DNA of 64,000 nt, from NCBI GenBank assembly GCA_963706575.1, contig CAVPNL010000014.1:64001-128000 (forward strand). The letters are read 5' to 3'. This DNA comes from an uncultured delta proteobacterium (GTDB lineage: Bacteria > Desulfobacterota > Desulfobacteria > Desulfobacterales > JAHEIW01). The notes under the pieces were generated by a model that worked only from the letters and a program-made list of their open reading frames with translations, did no database searches and was not told where the DNA came from. Made by a program: the position numbers and the translations under genes. Of this stretch, positions 18,159-28,371 are shown piece by piece (position 1 is the first letter of the stretch; each line of letters opens with the position of its first letter).

Positions 18159-18806
18159 ATGGAAATTATCTGTAACAACTGTCAAAGCAAATTTAGAGTG
18201 CCTGATGAAAAGATCCCTGCGAACAGAAGCGCCACCGTCGCCTGCCCCAAATGTAAAGGCAAAATTTCCCTGGGGCCCCAAAAAGGCTCGCCGAGTGGCT
18301 CCGCCAGTTTGGTAAGCGCCAATTCGAGCAATGGTTATGATGCCGCCGAGAAGCCATTTGACTTCATCGAAGAAGAAGGCCTGACCGCCCTGGTATGTGA
18401 ATCGAATCCCCTGGTGCGCAAGACGATTACCAATGCGCTGGATGTGCTCGATTACCAGATCACCGAGGCTGAAAGCACCCGGGATGCACTAAAACGCATG
18501 CGCTACCACAATTACGATCTGTTTGTTGTCAATGAAAATTTTGATACGGACAACCCGGAGGCAAATGGGATATTGCTGTATCTGGAACGCCTCGGTATGC
18601 TCGTGCGACGCAATATGTTTATCGCCCTGGTCAGCGACCGATTTCGCACCATGGATAACATGATGGCACTGAACAAAAGCGCCAATTTAATTATCAACAG
18701 CAAAAATATTGATGATATCGGCAAAATACTGAGCCGTGGAATTACGGACAATGAATATTTTTACCGAATTTATAAGGGAACGCTTAAAGACGTCGGCAAA
18801 GCCTAG
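18159..18806 (+). CDS. Zinc-ribbon (MJ0042-type) plus receiver-like domain protein
   Basis: CNNC...CPKC N-terminus; REC-like C-terminus without the canonical Asp residues. Confidence 0.75.
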   Translation: MEIICNNCQSKFRVPDEKIPANRSATVACPKCKGKISLGPQKGSPSGSASLVSANSSNGYDAAEKPFDFIEEEGLTALVCESNPLVRKTITNALDVLDYQITEAESTRDALKRMRYHNYDLFVVNENFDTDNPEANGILLYLERLGMLVRRNMFIALVSDRFRTMDNMMALNKSANLIINSKNIDDIGKILSRGITDNEYFYRIYKGTLKDVGKA

Positions 18807-18880
18807 CCAGATGTCACCAAACTTATTTAACATACTGGAAATAATTTATATTATTTGAATCGATAGTTTTTACCTCCAAC

Positions 18881-19031
18881 ATGGAATAATGGAATCGTGG
18901 AATGTTGGAATGTTGGGGGATAACCGGATGTAAGCCATTTTATTTATCACCAGCACGATTTTAATCATCAACCCAACATTACATTATTCCAGACCCCATT
19001 TTTCCATTATTCCATCTTTCCAACATTCCAA
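18881..19031. repeat. Inverted 8-mer array (TGGAATGT / ACATTCCA)
   Basis: Same family at 37626-37746 and 62511-62640. Confidence 0.75.
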
Positions 19032-19055
19032 TAGGGGTGGCACCCCAAACTTCAA

Positions 19056-19970
19056 TTGAATGCCAAGATCCAAAAAATAGCCGACGATCTTTTTTTAATT
19101 CCGCTGACACCACCCATGACCGGTTTTAGCAATTTCTTCAGCGCCTGGTTATACCATGGGAAAATCACCTGTTTAATTGATGTGGGCCCTTCGTCGACTG
19201 CACCCGATCTTTTGAGAGCGCTGCAGGAATTAAACATCGATCGGCTGGATTACATTTTGCTGACCCACCTTCATCTGGACCACGCCGGCGCCATCGGTGA
19301 AATTGCGGAGGTATTTTCACAAACTCCGATTGTGTGTCATCCGACCGGTCTTTCTCACCTGATCGAACCGTCACGGCTGTGGCAAGGAACAAAAAAAGTT
19401 CTGGGATCGATGGCTTTAGAATACGGGCCGATGAAGCCGGTTGACAAAGATCGTCTTTTGGAAGTTAGCCGGTTTCACAATGAATTCATCACCCCAATCT
19501 TCACCCCGGGGCACGCAGCCCATCATGTGAGTTTTCAGACCGACAAATACCTGTTTGTCGGTGAAGCCGGCGGAGTCCATAGGTCTCTGCCTGCAAACAA
19601 GTATTATTTGCGCCCGGCCACTCCGCCAAGGTTCTTCCTGGGCGTTGCCGTGCAAAGTTTGGATGCACTCATTGCCTGCCGGGCCAATACGATCTGCTAC
19701 GGACATTACGGCATTCATAAAAATGCTGCCGAAATATTGCAGGCACACCGCAAACAGCTTTTGCTCTGGGAAAGGCTGATTAAAGATGAGATCGATCGTC
19801 ATGCGAAGCGGACAATAGATCAAACCGCTGCATGCTTGAAACGGCTTTTAAAGGAAGATCCGCTGATGATAACTTTCGATCAACTGCCGCCCGACGTTCA
19901 GGAACGGGAAACAGATTTCCTGCAAAACAGCATCAGTGGATATATCGGATATTTGGAGTCAGTTGGTTAG
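19056..19970 (+). CDS. MBL-fold metallo-hydrolase
   Basis: THLHLDHAG, TPGH and YGHYG motifs. Confidence 0.9.
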   Translation: MNAKIQKIADDLFLIPLTPPMTGFSNFFSAWLYHGKITCLIDVGPSSTAPDLLRALQELNIDRLDYILLTHLHLDHAGAIGEIAEVFSQTPIVCHPTGLSHLIEPSRLWQGTKKVLGSMALEYGPMKPVDKDRLLEVSRFHNEFITPIFTPGHAAHHVSFQTDKYLFVGEAGGVHRSLPANKYYLRPATPPRFFLGVAVQSLDALIACRANTICYGHYGIHKNAAEILQAHRKQLLLWERLIKDEIDRHAKRTIDQTAACLKRLLKEDPLMITFDQLPPDVQERETDFLQNSISGYIGYLESVG

Positions 19971-20011
19971 ATCCGGACTCAGAGTACAGTTTTAAATTTT
20001 AGACGGTGCAT

Positions 20012-20152
20012 TTGTTTAATTGGTTCGATTGGTTTTATTCGTTCAATTGGTTGGTTTAAACCGAACCAATTCAACTAATGAAACTAATAAAACTAATTTA
20101 ACAACACCTTTAACCTTGAACCTTTGAACCTCTAGACCGACACCTGACACCT
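20012..20152. repeat. Nested inverted tandem-repeat element (AATTGGTTC family)
   Basis: Core ttggttggtttaaaccgaaccaatt shared with the 21.0 and 26.9 kb copies. Confidence 0.78.
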
Positions 20153-20158
20153 CAAAGC

Positions 20159-20929
20159 TTACTTTGAAGCCTGATTGGCAATAACCCGCAGCCCCTCCAG
20201 CGTCAGTGCAGACTCAACCGCCTCAATTGTTTCGGAGACATCAAATAAGAGCTCGGCCAGACCACCGGTGGCAATAACTTTGGGTTCGGTTCCCATCTCC
20301 ATTTTCATGCGTCGGACAATCCCGTCGACAAGACCGGCATAGCCAAATATTATCCCTGACTTAATGCTGCTGATCGTATCTTTGCCGATGACATTTTCCG
20401 GGGGAACAAAAATTTCAACCCGCGGCAGCTTCGAAGCTTTTCGAAATAGCGCTTCTGAGGCGATCCCGATTCCGGGACTGATGGCGCCGCCGATGTATTC
20501 TCCTTTTTGTGAAATGGCGTCAAATGTCGTCGCCGTACCGAAATCGACCACAATCAGACTCGTGCGGTATTTATCAAACGCGGCGACGGCGTTAACAATG
20601 CGGTCTGCGCCGACTTCCGCCGGATTTTTCAGCAAAATGGGCATTCCGGCACAGTTTTTAGCATCAACCCATTGCGGCGGGTGTCCCAGATATTTGCGGC
20701 AGAAAGCATCCAGAATCGTGACCATGGGTGGGACCACACATGAAATAATGGTTTGGTCAACATCATTCAGGTAGATGTTATCAGCAGAAAAGAGACTGTT
20801 CATTAAAACATTAAACTCATCTTCAGTTGTGTTTCGTTCGGTATGAATCCGCCAATCATTGCGCAACTGGCTGTTTTCATAAACGCCTAAAACCGTATGG
20901 GTATTACCGACATCGATTACCAGAAGCAT
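20159..20929 (-). CDS. coaX: Type III pantothenate kinase
   Basis: IDVGNT, VGADR, VDFGTATT and ATGG motifs. Confidence 0.95.
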   Translation of the reverse strand: MLLVIDVGNTHTVLGVYENSQLRNDWRIHTERNTTEDEFNVLMNSLFSADNIYLNDVDQTIISCVVPPMVTILDAFCRKYLGHPPQWVDAKNCAGMPILLKNPAEVGADRIVNAVAAFDKYRTSLIVVDFGTATTFDAISQKGEYIGGAISPGIGIASEALFRKASKLPRVEIFVPPENVIGKDTISSIKSGIIFGYAGLVDGIVRRMKMEMGTEPKVIATGGLAELLFDVSETIEAVESALTLEGLRVIANQASK

Positions 20930-20961
20930 CGTCATTCCCTTTCGTTCATTGTCCAAGCGTC

Positions 20962-21130
20962 AAAGTTTCGGAGTTCAGTCTAAGGTTTCAAGCGTAACAA
21001 CTGTTTAATTGGTTCGATTGGTTGAATTGGTTTAATTTGTTGGTCTAAATCGAACCAATTAAACTAATAAAACAAATATAACAAGTCCCTATACCTTGAA
21101 CCTCTGAACCCTGAATCGTCTTTTCTTGAA
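20962..21130. repeat. Nested inverted tandem-repeat element (AATTGGTTC family)
   Basis: Core ttgttggtctaaatcgaaccaatt; linker acaagtcc shared with the 3.4 kb copy. Confidence 0.78.
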
Positions 21131-21138
21131 CCTATTTT

Positions 21139-22080
21139 TTACTGTTTCTCACCGAGAATCTTCACCGTAAACAATTCCGGCTCGACATTGACCAGTGTGG
21201 TTTTCACCGGCAATGAGATCGCCGCTCGCCGGACATAAACACCGGGTCTAAGGTTTTTAAGTTCAACAAACACACGTATGTCTTTTTGGGGTTGAAGATT
21301 GTTGATGATGTTGAGCGGCCCTTTGATTTCAAGTGTGAGTGTGCCGGGTGAAATGTTGAATTCATGGAGCGTATTTTTACCCTGAACCAAAATTCCCGCA
21401 AATCTTTTGGTGGCAACTTTTGCAGCAAAATAGATTTCCGCCAGCACAATATTCGATGAAGAACAGATTTCAACACCTTCCATCAGATCAATGGCGATTT
21501 CTTTTTTAAATGATTCTGAGCGAGCGGTGATATCAATCGGTTTTGTGAAAATTTTATCAACTAAACCGACGGCTGTCTCAGGGCCACATATTAAAATCGT
21601 TGACGGTTTGGCCAGCATGTCACTAATAGAATAACTACCGTCCGGCTCGCCGTAAACAGCGATTTTAACCGGCACCTGCTTTTTCAGCAAACGGTCAACT
21701 TTTACGGTTAAATAAGCCGGATTGACTTGCGTAATTTGGGTCCCGGCGGGCATCGGAATCAAGTCAGGATTGATCGCTATAGACTCGCTTCCGACGGCAA
21801 CACCGGATAGATCCAATTTGTATCTGGGTACATTCCGTTTGAGATCATCTAACACTGCCAGCGGCCCCTTTACGCGGAGCTCAATTTCTTTAGGCGCCGA
21901 ACCGACCAATATTAATCCGTGCGGGAGCTTATAGAGATCAACGGGAATGAGGATTTCAATTTCATTCACGCTAGAAGGTTGGACCGGTTTAAGGGAACAC
22001 AACAGCAGCAGCAGTAAAATCCCCAATACCCTCAAAGGATAAAAACACGCGCGCTGGCGATAGTACCGGTGGCTTATCAT
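21139..22080 (-). CDS. YbbR/CdaR-family membrane-anchored protein
   Basis: N-terminal hydrophobic segment, three repeats of V.GP-type YbbR domains, position after folP. Confidence 0.8.
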   Translation of the reverse strand: MISHRYYRQRACFYPLRVLGILLLLLLCSLKPVQPSSVNEIEILIPVDLYKLPHGLILVGSAPKEIELRVKGPLAVLDDLKRNVPRYKLDLSGVAVGSESIAINPDLIPMPAGTQITQVNPAYLTVKVDRLLKKQVPVKIAVYGEPDGSYSISDMLAKPSTILICGPETAVGLVDKIFTKPIDITARSESFKKEIAIDLMEGVEICSSSNIVLAEIYFAAKVATKRFAGILVQGKNTLHEFNISPGTLTLEIKGPLNIINNLQPQKDIRVFVELKNLRPGVYVRRAAISLPVKTTLVNVEPELFTVKILGEKQ

Positions 22081-22126
22081 GAAGTTGCGCCCTCGCGTCG
22101 GCGAAGTCCATTTTTAAGGCCGCCGC

Positions 22127-22272
22127 TAGAAGTGGTTTCAAAACCACAGATCAGGTTCAAAGGCAAGGCGCAGGCCGATCGGGAAAGCGCAGCATACATG
22201 GGTATGTGAGCATTTACCGGAGGCCTGCAACGCAGCCATTGAGCCTCAGATGGGGTTTTGAAACCGCTTCTA
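22127..22272. mobile_element. MITE-like element, copy 2, inserted at the folP stop codon
   Basis: Same TIRs and interior as 2900-3046; TA at both ends. Confidence 0.85.
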
Positions 22273-23157
22273 ATCATCTTGGGCAAACCTGATGGCATCC
22301 AGAATCCGAATGGTTGCCCGCGTGTTGGCCGCATCATGCACCCGCACGATATGAGCGCCACATAGAACGGCCGCGGCAACAGCTGCCTGGGAGCCGGTTT
22401 CCACAATCGGCAGATCCGGAGCGATATCATCGTTATGCTCGTCTTTTAGCAATTTCCGAATAAATGCCTTACGCGAAGGGCCGATGAGAATGGGAACCCC
22501 CAAAGCGGCAAAGGCATACAGGTGCCGGATGAGGAAAAGGTTATGCGATACCGTCTTGCCGAAACCGATTCCCGGATCGACGATAAGCTTTGATTTTGAG
22601 ATGCCCTGTTTTTGAGCCCGCTCAATGGCATCCTTTAAGAAATCCGTTATATCGGCGATAAGGTTATCATAGGCCGGTGATTCCTGCATCGTTTTAGGAC
22701 TTCCCAGCATATGCATGAGCACCACCGGTGTACCGAATTCCCCGGCCACTTCCCCCATGGCCGGATCAAAACGCAGAGCCGAAACGTCATTGATCATAGA
22801 GGCTCCGGCTTCAATCGCCCGCCGGGCAACTTCAGCCTTCATGGTATCAATGGAAATTGGAATGGTCAGCTGATCGGCAAGTTTTTCGATGACCGGAATA
22901 ACCCGCTCAATTTCTTCTTCGGCGGACACCGGATCGGAAAACGGCCGGGTTGATTCTCCACCGATGTCAAGGATATCGGCCCCGTCAGCCGCCAGCTTTT
23001 GCCCCTGGGCCACCGCCGCGTCATGCGCCAAAAATTTTCCGCCGTCGGAAAACGAATCCGGTGTGACGTTGACGACGCCCATAATACACGTCCGGCGCCC
23101 CAACTCCATGTCATAACCGGACCATGATAGTCGATAGGTTTTGGGAGAATCCAGCAT
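22270..23157 (-). CDS. folP: Dihydropteroate synthase
   Basis: NVTPDSFSDGG, DIGGESTRP, DPGIGFGK, SRK and VRVHD motifs. Confidence 0.97.
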   Translation of the reverse strand: MLDSPKTYRLSWSGYDMELGRRTCIMGVVNVTPDSFSDGGKFLAHDAAVAQGQKLAADGADILDIGGESTRPFSDPVSAEEEIERVIPVIEKLADQLTIPISIDTMKAEVARRAIEAGASMINDVSALRFDPAMGEVAGEFGTPVVLMHMLGSPKTMQESPAYDNLIADITDFLKDAIERAQKQGISKSKLIVDPGIGFGKTVSHNLFLIRHLYAFAALGVPILIGPSRKAFIRKLLKDEHNDDIAPDLPIVETGSQAAVAAAVLCGAHIVRVHDAANTRATIRILDAIRFAQDD

Positions 23158-23158
23158 A

Positions 23159-25027
23159 TCAGGATTGACCGGCAGCCGTTTCTTTTGATTCCGCTGGGGT
23201 CAATAAATCTTCCGGGGTTTTTGAAGGCAGTTTGATACCGGGTCTCAAGGAATGAATCAACTCATCGAGTTCTTTACCCATGACGGTTTCTTTTTCGAGC
23301 AGGCTTTCCGCCAGTTTATGAAGAATATCCAAATTTTCCTTTAAAACCGCTTGAGCACGCCCGTATGAATTTTTAATCAGCTTGTTGATCTCTTCATCAA
23401 TTTTTTGAGCCGTCGCTTCAGAGTAGTCCCGATGCTGGGCGATTTCACGCCCCAGAAATACCTGTTCTTCACCCTTGGCATAAGACAAGGGGCCGAGGTC
23501 ATCGCTCATGCCCCAGCTCCTGATCATCCGATTGGCAAGATCGGTCGCTTGCTTGATATCATTGGCGGCACCGGTACTGATTCGCTTCAAAACAATCTCT
23601 TCCGCCACCCGGCCGCCGAATGCAACCGCCAGCTCGCTTTCAAGCTGATCTTTAAATTTGAAATCCCGTTCCTCAGGCAAAAACCAGGTAATGCCGGCCG
23701 CACGCCCCCGGGGCACAATCGTAATTTTATTGACGACATCGGTTTCAGGCAGAAAGCGCGCCACCAGTGCATGCCCGCCCTCATGGTAAGCGGTGACCTT
23801 GCGGTCTTCTTCTTTGATGACTTTGGATTTACGCTCAAGCCCCATATAGACTTTATCTTTGGCATCTTCAAAATCGGCCATACCAATTTTTTCTTTATCG
23901 CGTTTGGCCGCCAGCAGAGCCGCCTCATTGACCAGGTTTTCAAGATCGGCACCGGAAAAACCGGGCGTTCCTTTTGCCAGGATAACCGTATTCACATCCG
24001 GGTCGATCGGTGTTTTCTTCATGTGCACGCGCAGTATTTTTTCCCGGCCCCGAATATCGGGCATTGAGACAACCACCTGTCGGTCAAAACGGCCGGGACG
24101 CAGCAAAGCCGGATCCAGAACATCGGGCCGGTTGGTGGCTGAAATCAAAATAACGCCCTCATTGGATTCAAATCCGTCCATTTCAACCAGGAGCTGATTC
24201 AGGGTCTGTTCTCTTTCGTCGTGTCCACCACCGAGTCCGGCGCCGCGGTGGCGGCCGACCGCATCAATTTCATCGATAAAAATGATACAGGGCGCATTCT
24301 TTTTGCCCTGGACAAACAGATCCCTAACGCGGGATGCACCCACCCCGACGAACATCTCGACAAAATCCGAACCGCTGATGCTGAAAAAAGGCACGCCGGC
24401 TTCCCCCGCGATAGCCCGCGCCAGAAGGGTTTTGCCGCAGCCCGGGGGCCCCACCAGCAATACCCCTTTGGGGATTCGGCCCCCCAGACGCGTAAACTTC
24501 TTCGGATCTCTGAGAAACTCAACAATTTCAATCAATTCTTCCTTGGCTTCATCGATGCCGGCAACATCTTCAAAGGTCACCCGTTCAGATTGATCCGACA
24601 TCAAACGGGCGCGACTTTTGCCAAAAGACAGGGCTTTTCCCCCACCCGCCTGCATCTGGCGCATGAAAAAAATCCAGACGCCGATAAGCACAATCATCGG
24701 AAACCAGGAAACCAGAACCGACATGTACCACGGATTTTCAGACGGGGGCTTGGCGCTGATCACAACCCTTTTGTCTCTGAGGGTTTTAATTAGATCGGTA
24801 TCCTGGGGGGCATATACCTTGAAACGATTGCGGTTGGTATCGGTTACAAAGAGCTCTTGTCCCTGGATAATCACATCCGATACCCGCTCATCATTCACCA
24901 TTGCCAGAAAATCGGTGTAACTGATATTCGTTTCAGCAAGATGCTGTTTACTAAAAAGATTATAAAGCATGACCATCATCAAGGTGATGACCAGCCATAG
25001 GGCTAAATTTTTATAAAACGGATTCAA
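23159..25027 (-). CDS. ftsH: ATP-dependent zinc metalloprotease FtsH
   Basis: Two TM helices, [11 protein letters not shown] motif, HEGGH. Confidence 0.98.
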   Translation of the reverse strand: MNPFYKNLALWLVITLMMVMLYNLFSKQHLAETNISYTDFLAMVNDERVSDVIIQGQELFVTDTNRNRFKVYAPQDTDLIKTLRDKRVVISAKPPSENPWYMSVLVSWFPMIVLIGVWIFFMRQMQAGGGKALSFGKSRARLMSDQSERVTFEDVAGIDEAKEELIEIVEFLRDPKKFTRLGGRIPKGVLLVGPPGCGKTLLARAIAGEAGVPFFSISGSDFVEMFVGVGASRVRDLFVQGKKNAPCIIFIDEIDAVGRHRGAGLGGGHDEREQTLNQLLVEMDGFESNEGVILISATNRPDVLDPALLRPGRFDRQVVVSMPDIRGREKILRVHMKKTPIDPDVNTVILAKGTPGFSGADLENLVNEAALLAAKRDKEKIGMADFEDAKDKVYMGLERKSKVIKEEDRKVTAYHEGGHALVARFLPETDVVNKITIVPRGRAAGITWFLPEERDFKFKDQLESELAVAFGGRVAEEIVLKRISTGAANDIKQATDLANRMIRSWGMSDDLGPLSYAKGEEQVFLGREIAQHRDYSEATAQKIDEEINKLIKNSYGRAQAVLKENLDILHKLAESLLEKETVMGKELDELIHSLRPGIKLPSKTPEDLLTPAESKETAAGQS

Positions 25028-25100
25028 AGAAAAATACCTCCTAAGTTATTCCCGATGTCACGGACGCTGGTAGCAGCTATCTCATAAATGCATTAAATAT

Positions 25101-25200
25101 AAGTGCGCTAAAGTGAGAAGTGATCTAGAGTGACTAAAGTTAAGGAATTCTATCATTTAACTTTAGGCACTTTAGGCACTTTAGCTCATTTTAGTCACTT
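25101..25200. repeat. Inverted 9-mer array element (AAAGTGACT family), reversed and with shortened core
   Basis: Core aaggaattctatc is the reverse complement of part of the 8.1 kb core. Confidence 0.78.
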
Positions 25201-25312
25201 TTTTTTATCAGTATCCTGTATCTGAAGCGAAATATCAAGTATCAAATACGGAACAGGGCTGCAAACGACCTGACTCACAAAGACTACACGTGAATCTAAT
25301 CATTATCGCGCT

Positions 25313-26764
25313 TTAGGCAAGCAAAAGCTCAGCCTTAAGCAGCCTGCGTGTTCGCGGGCCGATTTTTACCGCGTTATCCAGCCGGTGTCCCACAAGCCAG
25401 ATAATTTCATTGCGGCTCAGCAGAATCGGACATTTCCTCCGTTCGGTTCTGGATACTTTATGATCGATAAAAAATTTCTTTAGTTTCTGCCGGCCGGTCA
25501 TCCCCAATGGCGAGAATCGATCTCCGGGGCGAAAATTCCGGATAACCAGCGGAAAACGGATCTTATCCATATCAAAATATGCGATGTGGCTTTCCTGTCC
25601 GGATGGGTGCCATTCCGGTGTGTGCTCCAGAGGGATTTGACTGAAGCGAATCTTCAGGGCAGCCTCTTTAATAAAGATTTCACCGGGTTTGGCAAGCCGG
25701 TACTCGTAATCGGGTGTTGCGGATAAGAGCGGGTCACCGGCGAGATGCCTGAGATTTTGCGCTTCTCCGGACATAATGAGAACATTATTTTGCCTGGATA
25801 TGCGAATACGGTCGGGAAGATCCAGGGCGCCTGAATCCGGCCCTTTTTGAGCCAATTTCACTGCGGCTTCAACGTGGGCAAAGGCCAGCCGCCGCAAATT
25901 GCCCTTGATTTTTAAAACGCCCATACGGATCAGGCGTCTTCTGACGGCGATCGTCTGCTGATTCAGTTCTGAAATGTCGAACCCGATCCGGCCCTGTTTT
26001 TCAAAGACTATCACCTTTTCAAAAATCGGCCGGATCAGATTTTCAATCCATTTCTCTTCAGCGTCCAGGATAGAAGCCAACCGATTGAGCGAATCAATGA
26101 GTTTCGGATTATATTCCGCCTTCAGTTCCGGAATCAGCCGGTTACGAACCTTGTTGCGCAGGTACTGTGAATCTCTGTTTGATGAATCCACAACACAGTC
26201 CAGGCTTTTCACAGCAATATAATCCATAATCTCAGAGCGCTTAATATCGATCAGAGGCCTTACAATCTTATCATCGCGTACCGGCGGTATCCCGCACAGG
26301 CCCAATGGTCCGCTTCCGCGCAACAGATACATCAAAATCAGTTCGGCGTTGTCATCCGAATGATGTCCGAGCGCAATTTTCTCATATCCGAATTTGGAGG
26401 CAATGGCATCATAGAAACGGTAGCGCACCTTTCTGGCAGCTTCTTCGAGGGAGAGGTGGTGTTTATTTTGATGGCGGCGCACGTCTTGCCTTTCGACATG
26501 TACGGGCAAATCCAGCTTTTCGGCAAGAGAAACCACAAAGGCTTCATCGCGTGCGGATTCATCTTGGCGCAGACAATGATTCAGATGGGCAATAGCAACC
26601 TGAAAGGAAAACTTTGGCGCCAACGCCAGCAGGATATGAACCAGCGCTACTGAATCGGGGCCACCGGATACGCCAACCAGAACGGTGTCTCCGGCTTGAA
26701 CCATGCGATGGGTGCCAATGGTATGTTCGACCGTTCGGAGTATCTTTTTTTCAATATTTGGCAT
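25313..26764 (-). CDS. tilS: tRNA(Ile)-lysidine synthetase
   Basis: SGGPDS PP-loop, AHLNH, EEAAR..RY, GHH.DD, RN.VR motifs; TilS C-terminal domain. Confidence 0.96.
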   Translation of the reverse strand: MPNIEKKILRTVEHTIGTHRMVQAGDTVLVGVSGGPDSVALVHILLALAPKFSFQVAIAHLNHCLRQDESARDEAFVVSLAEKLDLPVHVERQDVRRHQNKHHLSLEEAARKVRYRFYDAIASKFGYEKIALGHHSDDNAELILMYLLRGSGPLGLCGIPPVRDDKIVRPLIDIKRSEIMDYIAVKSLDCVVDSSNRDSQYLRNKVRNRLIPELKAEYNPKLIDSLNRLASILDAEEKWIENLIRPIFEKVIVFEKQGRIGFDISELNQQTIAVRRRLIRMGVLKIKGNLRRLAFAHVEAAVKLAQKGPDSGALDLPDRIRISRQNNVLIMSGEAQNLRHLAGDPLLSATPDYEYRLAKPGEIFIKEAALKIRFSQIPLEHTPEWHPSGQESHIAYFDMDKIRFPLVIRNFRPGDRFSPLGMTGRQKLKKFFIDHKVSRTERRKCPILLSRNEIIWLVGHRLDNAVKIGPRTRRLLKAELLLA

Positions 26765-26849
26765 AACTAACTGGAAACTCGCGATATCTGGCTGCTTATC
26801 TAAGGCAGCGCCCACAAAAAGTCAATACCAAACGCGGCAAGCCGCCTTT

Positions 26850-27003
26850 AGGGTTCAAAGGTTCAAGGTTCGGAGGTTCAAAGAAAAGTGACTTGTTCCA
26901 TTGGTTAGATTAGTTCAATTGGTTCGGTTTAGACCAACCAATTGAACCAATGAAACAAATAAAACTAATCCAACACTTTCTTTAACCCTGAACCTTTGAA
27001 CCG
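26850..27003. repeat. Nested inverted tandem-repeat element (AATTGGTTC family), reverse orientation
   Basis: Core aattggttcggtttagaccaacc closely matches the reverse complement of the 21.0 kb core. Confidence 0.78.
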
Positions 27004-27050
27004 CTAAATTTTTCTATTGAAAAATTCAGCACATAAAGTATGCTAGCCTC

Positions 27051-27303
27051 GGTTGTGCTAGGCGGGGAGCTAGCGGTGCCCTATTCCCGAAATCCGCTTA
27101 TGCGGGGCTGAATTCCCTCTTAAGGGTCTTATACGTGGCACGCCGCAGCGCATTTTGATCGGGCGCCACGCAACAGACGGTCACGAACCTCGTCAGGTCC
27201 GGAAGGAAGCAGCGATAAGTGATGCAGTCCGTGTCGTGGGCAGATCCCGGTCATGTCGATGCATTACGGCCGCCACACCGGATTCGATAGAGGGTGCACA
27301 ACC
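27051..27303 (+). ncRNA. ffs: Signal recognition particle RNA, large (Alu-containing) bacterial type
   Basis: Helix-8 motif GTCAGGTCCGGAAGGAAGCAGC; 5' Alu-like GTGCTAGGCGGGGAGCTAGCGGTGCCC; paired ends GGTTGTGC/GCACAACC; TTGAAA..TATGCT promoter upstream. Confidence 0.93.
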
Positions 27304-27657
27304 ATCTTTTTTCCTTCAAAACAAGCCGTCTCAGATTCTATCAAAATGGGTTTCCAGAAATTTCAAACTTAGATAACCTATTGAAAAAAATTAAGATACC
27401 GTTATTTCTAAAAACCATCCCCGTTTAAGCCCATATCCCGGCGGCAACCAATCGATCAAAAAGAATGGCAATCGATTCACCACAACCCATGTTAAAACCA
27501 ATATTCAATACTGAAAAGGTAGGAAAAAAGACGATAAACCCTTGCATTTTTAAGTATAAAACCTTGTTGATACCTGCTTGACATCGATTCAAAGTGTCTT
27601 ACTTTTCAGATCATTAATATTGCATGCCTTTGGCAATTCAGGAGAAAAAATCGGCGT

Positions 27658-28290
27658 ATGTCACAAAAAAAGAAAATCAAGATCAACATTGACGATCAAG
27701 AAGCAGTAAAAAATGAAACCGCTGAAAAACCGGATCCCGAAGATGACAAACCACTTAAGAGTGAAAGTGGGGATGCTGATCATGCAGACACCGAAAACTC
27801 CCTGAAAGAAATGGAAGCCCGGTTTCAAGCTAAAGAGGAGGAGGCTAAAGAAACATACGATCGACTTCTGAGGGTTTCGGCCGATTTCGAAAATTATAAA
27901 AAACGGTCATCCCGCGAAATGGAGGAATTTAGAAAGTACGCCAACCAATCTTTGCTCAAAGAGATGCTCTCGGTTGTCGATAATTTGGAACTGGCCATCA
28001 ATTCCTCAAGCGACGGAAAAAACGCCGATAAAACCATGATCGAAGGCCTGAATCTTACCCTTAATGAGATCCTGCGGGTCTTCGAAAAATTTAATGTCAC
28101 CCCCATAGAGGCGCAGGGTAAAACCTTTGATCCTGCCTTCCACGAAGCCGTCATGCGGGAAGAAACAGATGATTATCCGGAAAACAGCGTGATTAGCGAG
28201 TTTCAAAAAGGGTACCTCATCCATGACCGACTGTTGCGGCCGGCTATGGTGGTGGTTGCCGTGCCGAAAACAACACCCCGAAAAGATTGA
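27658..28290 (+). CDS. grpE: Nucleotide exchange factor GrpE
   Basis: ADFENYKKR, FDPAFHEA and KGY..HDRLLRPAMV motifs. Confidence 0.96.
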   Translation: MSQKKKIKINIDDQEAVKNETAEKPDPEDDKPLKSESGDADHADTENSLKEMEARFQAKEEEAKETYDRLLRVSADFENYKKRSSREMEEFRKYANQSLLKEMLSVVDNLELAINSSSDGKNADKTMIEGLNLTLNEILRVFEKFNVTPIEAQGKTFDPAFHEAVMREETDDYPENSVISEFQKGYLIHDRLLRPAMVVVAVPKTTPRKD

Positions 28291-28371
28291 AAAAAGATTA
28301 GATATACAGGTTAACAGACATATAAATTCATATGAATAAAAGATTTTGGGAAAGTAAGGAGGTAATAGAAA

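Noticed and set aside
3355..27003. Intergenic repeat arrays as CRISPR arrays
   Set aside because: Units are 7-9 bp, degenerate, contiguous and inverted; there are no unique spacers of constant length and no cas genes
27155..27376. 73-aa ORF
   Set aside because: Lies mostly within the SRP RNA gene
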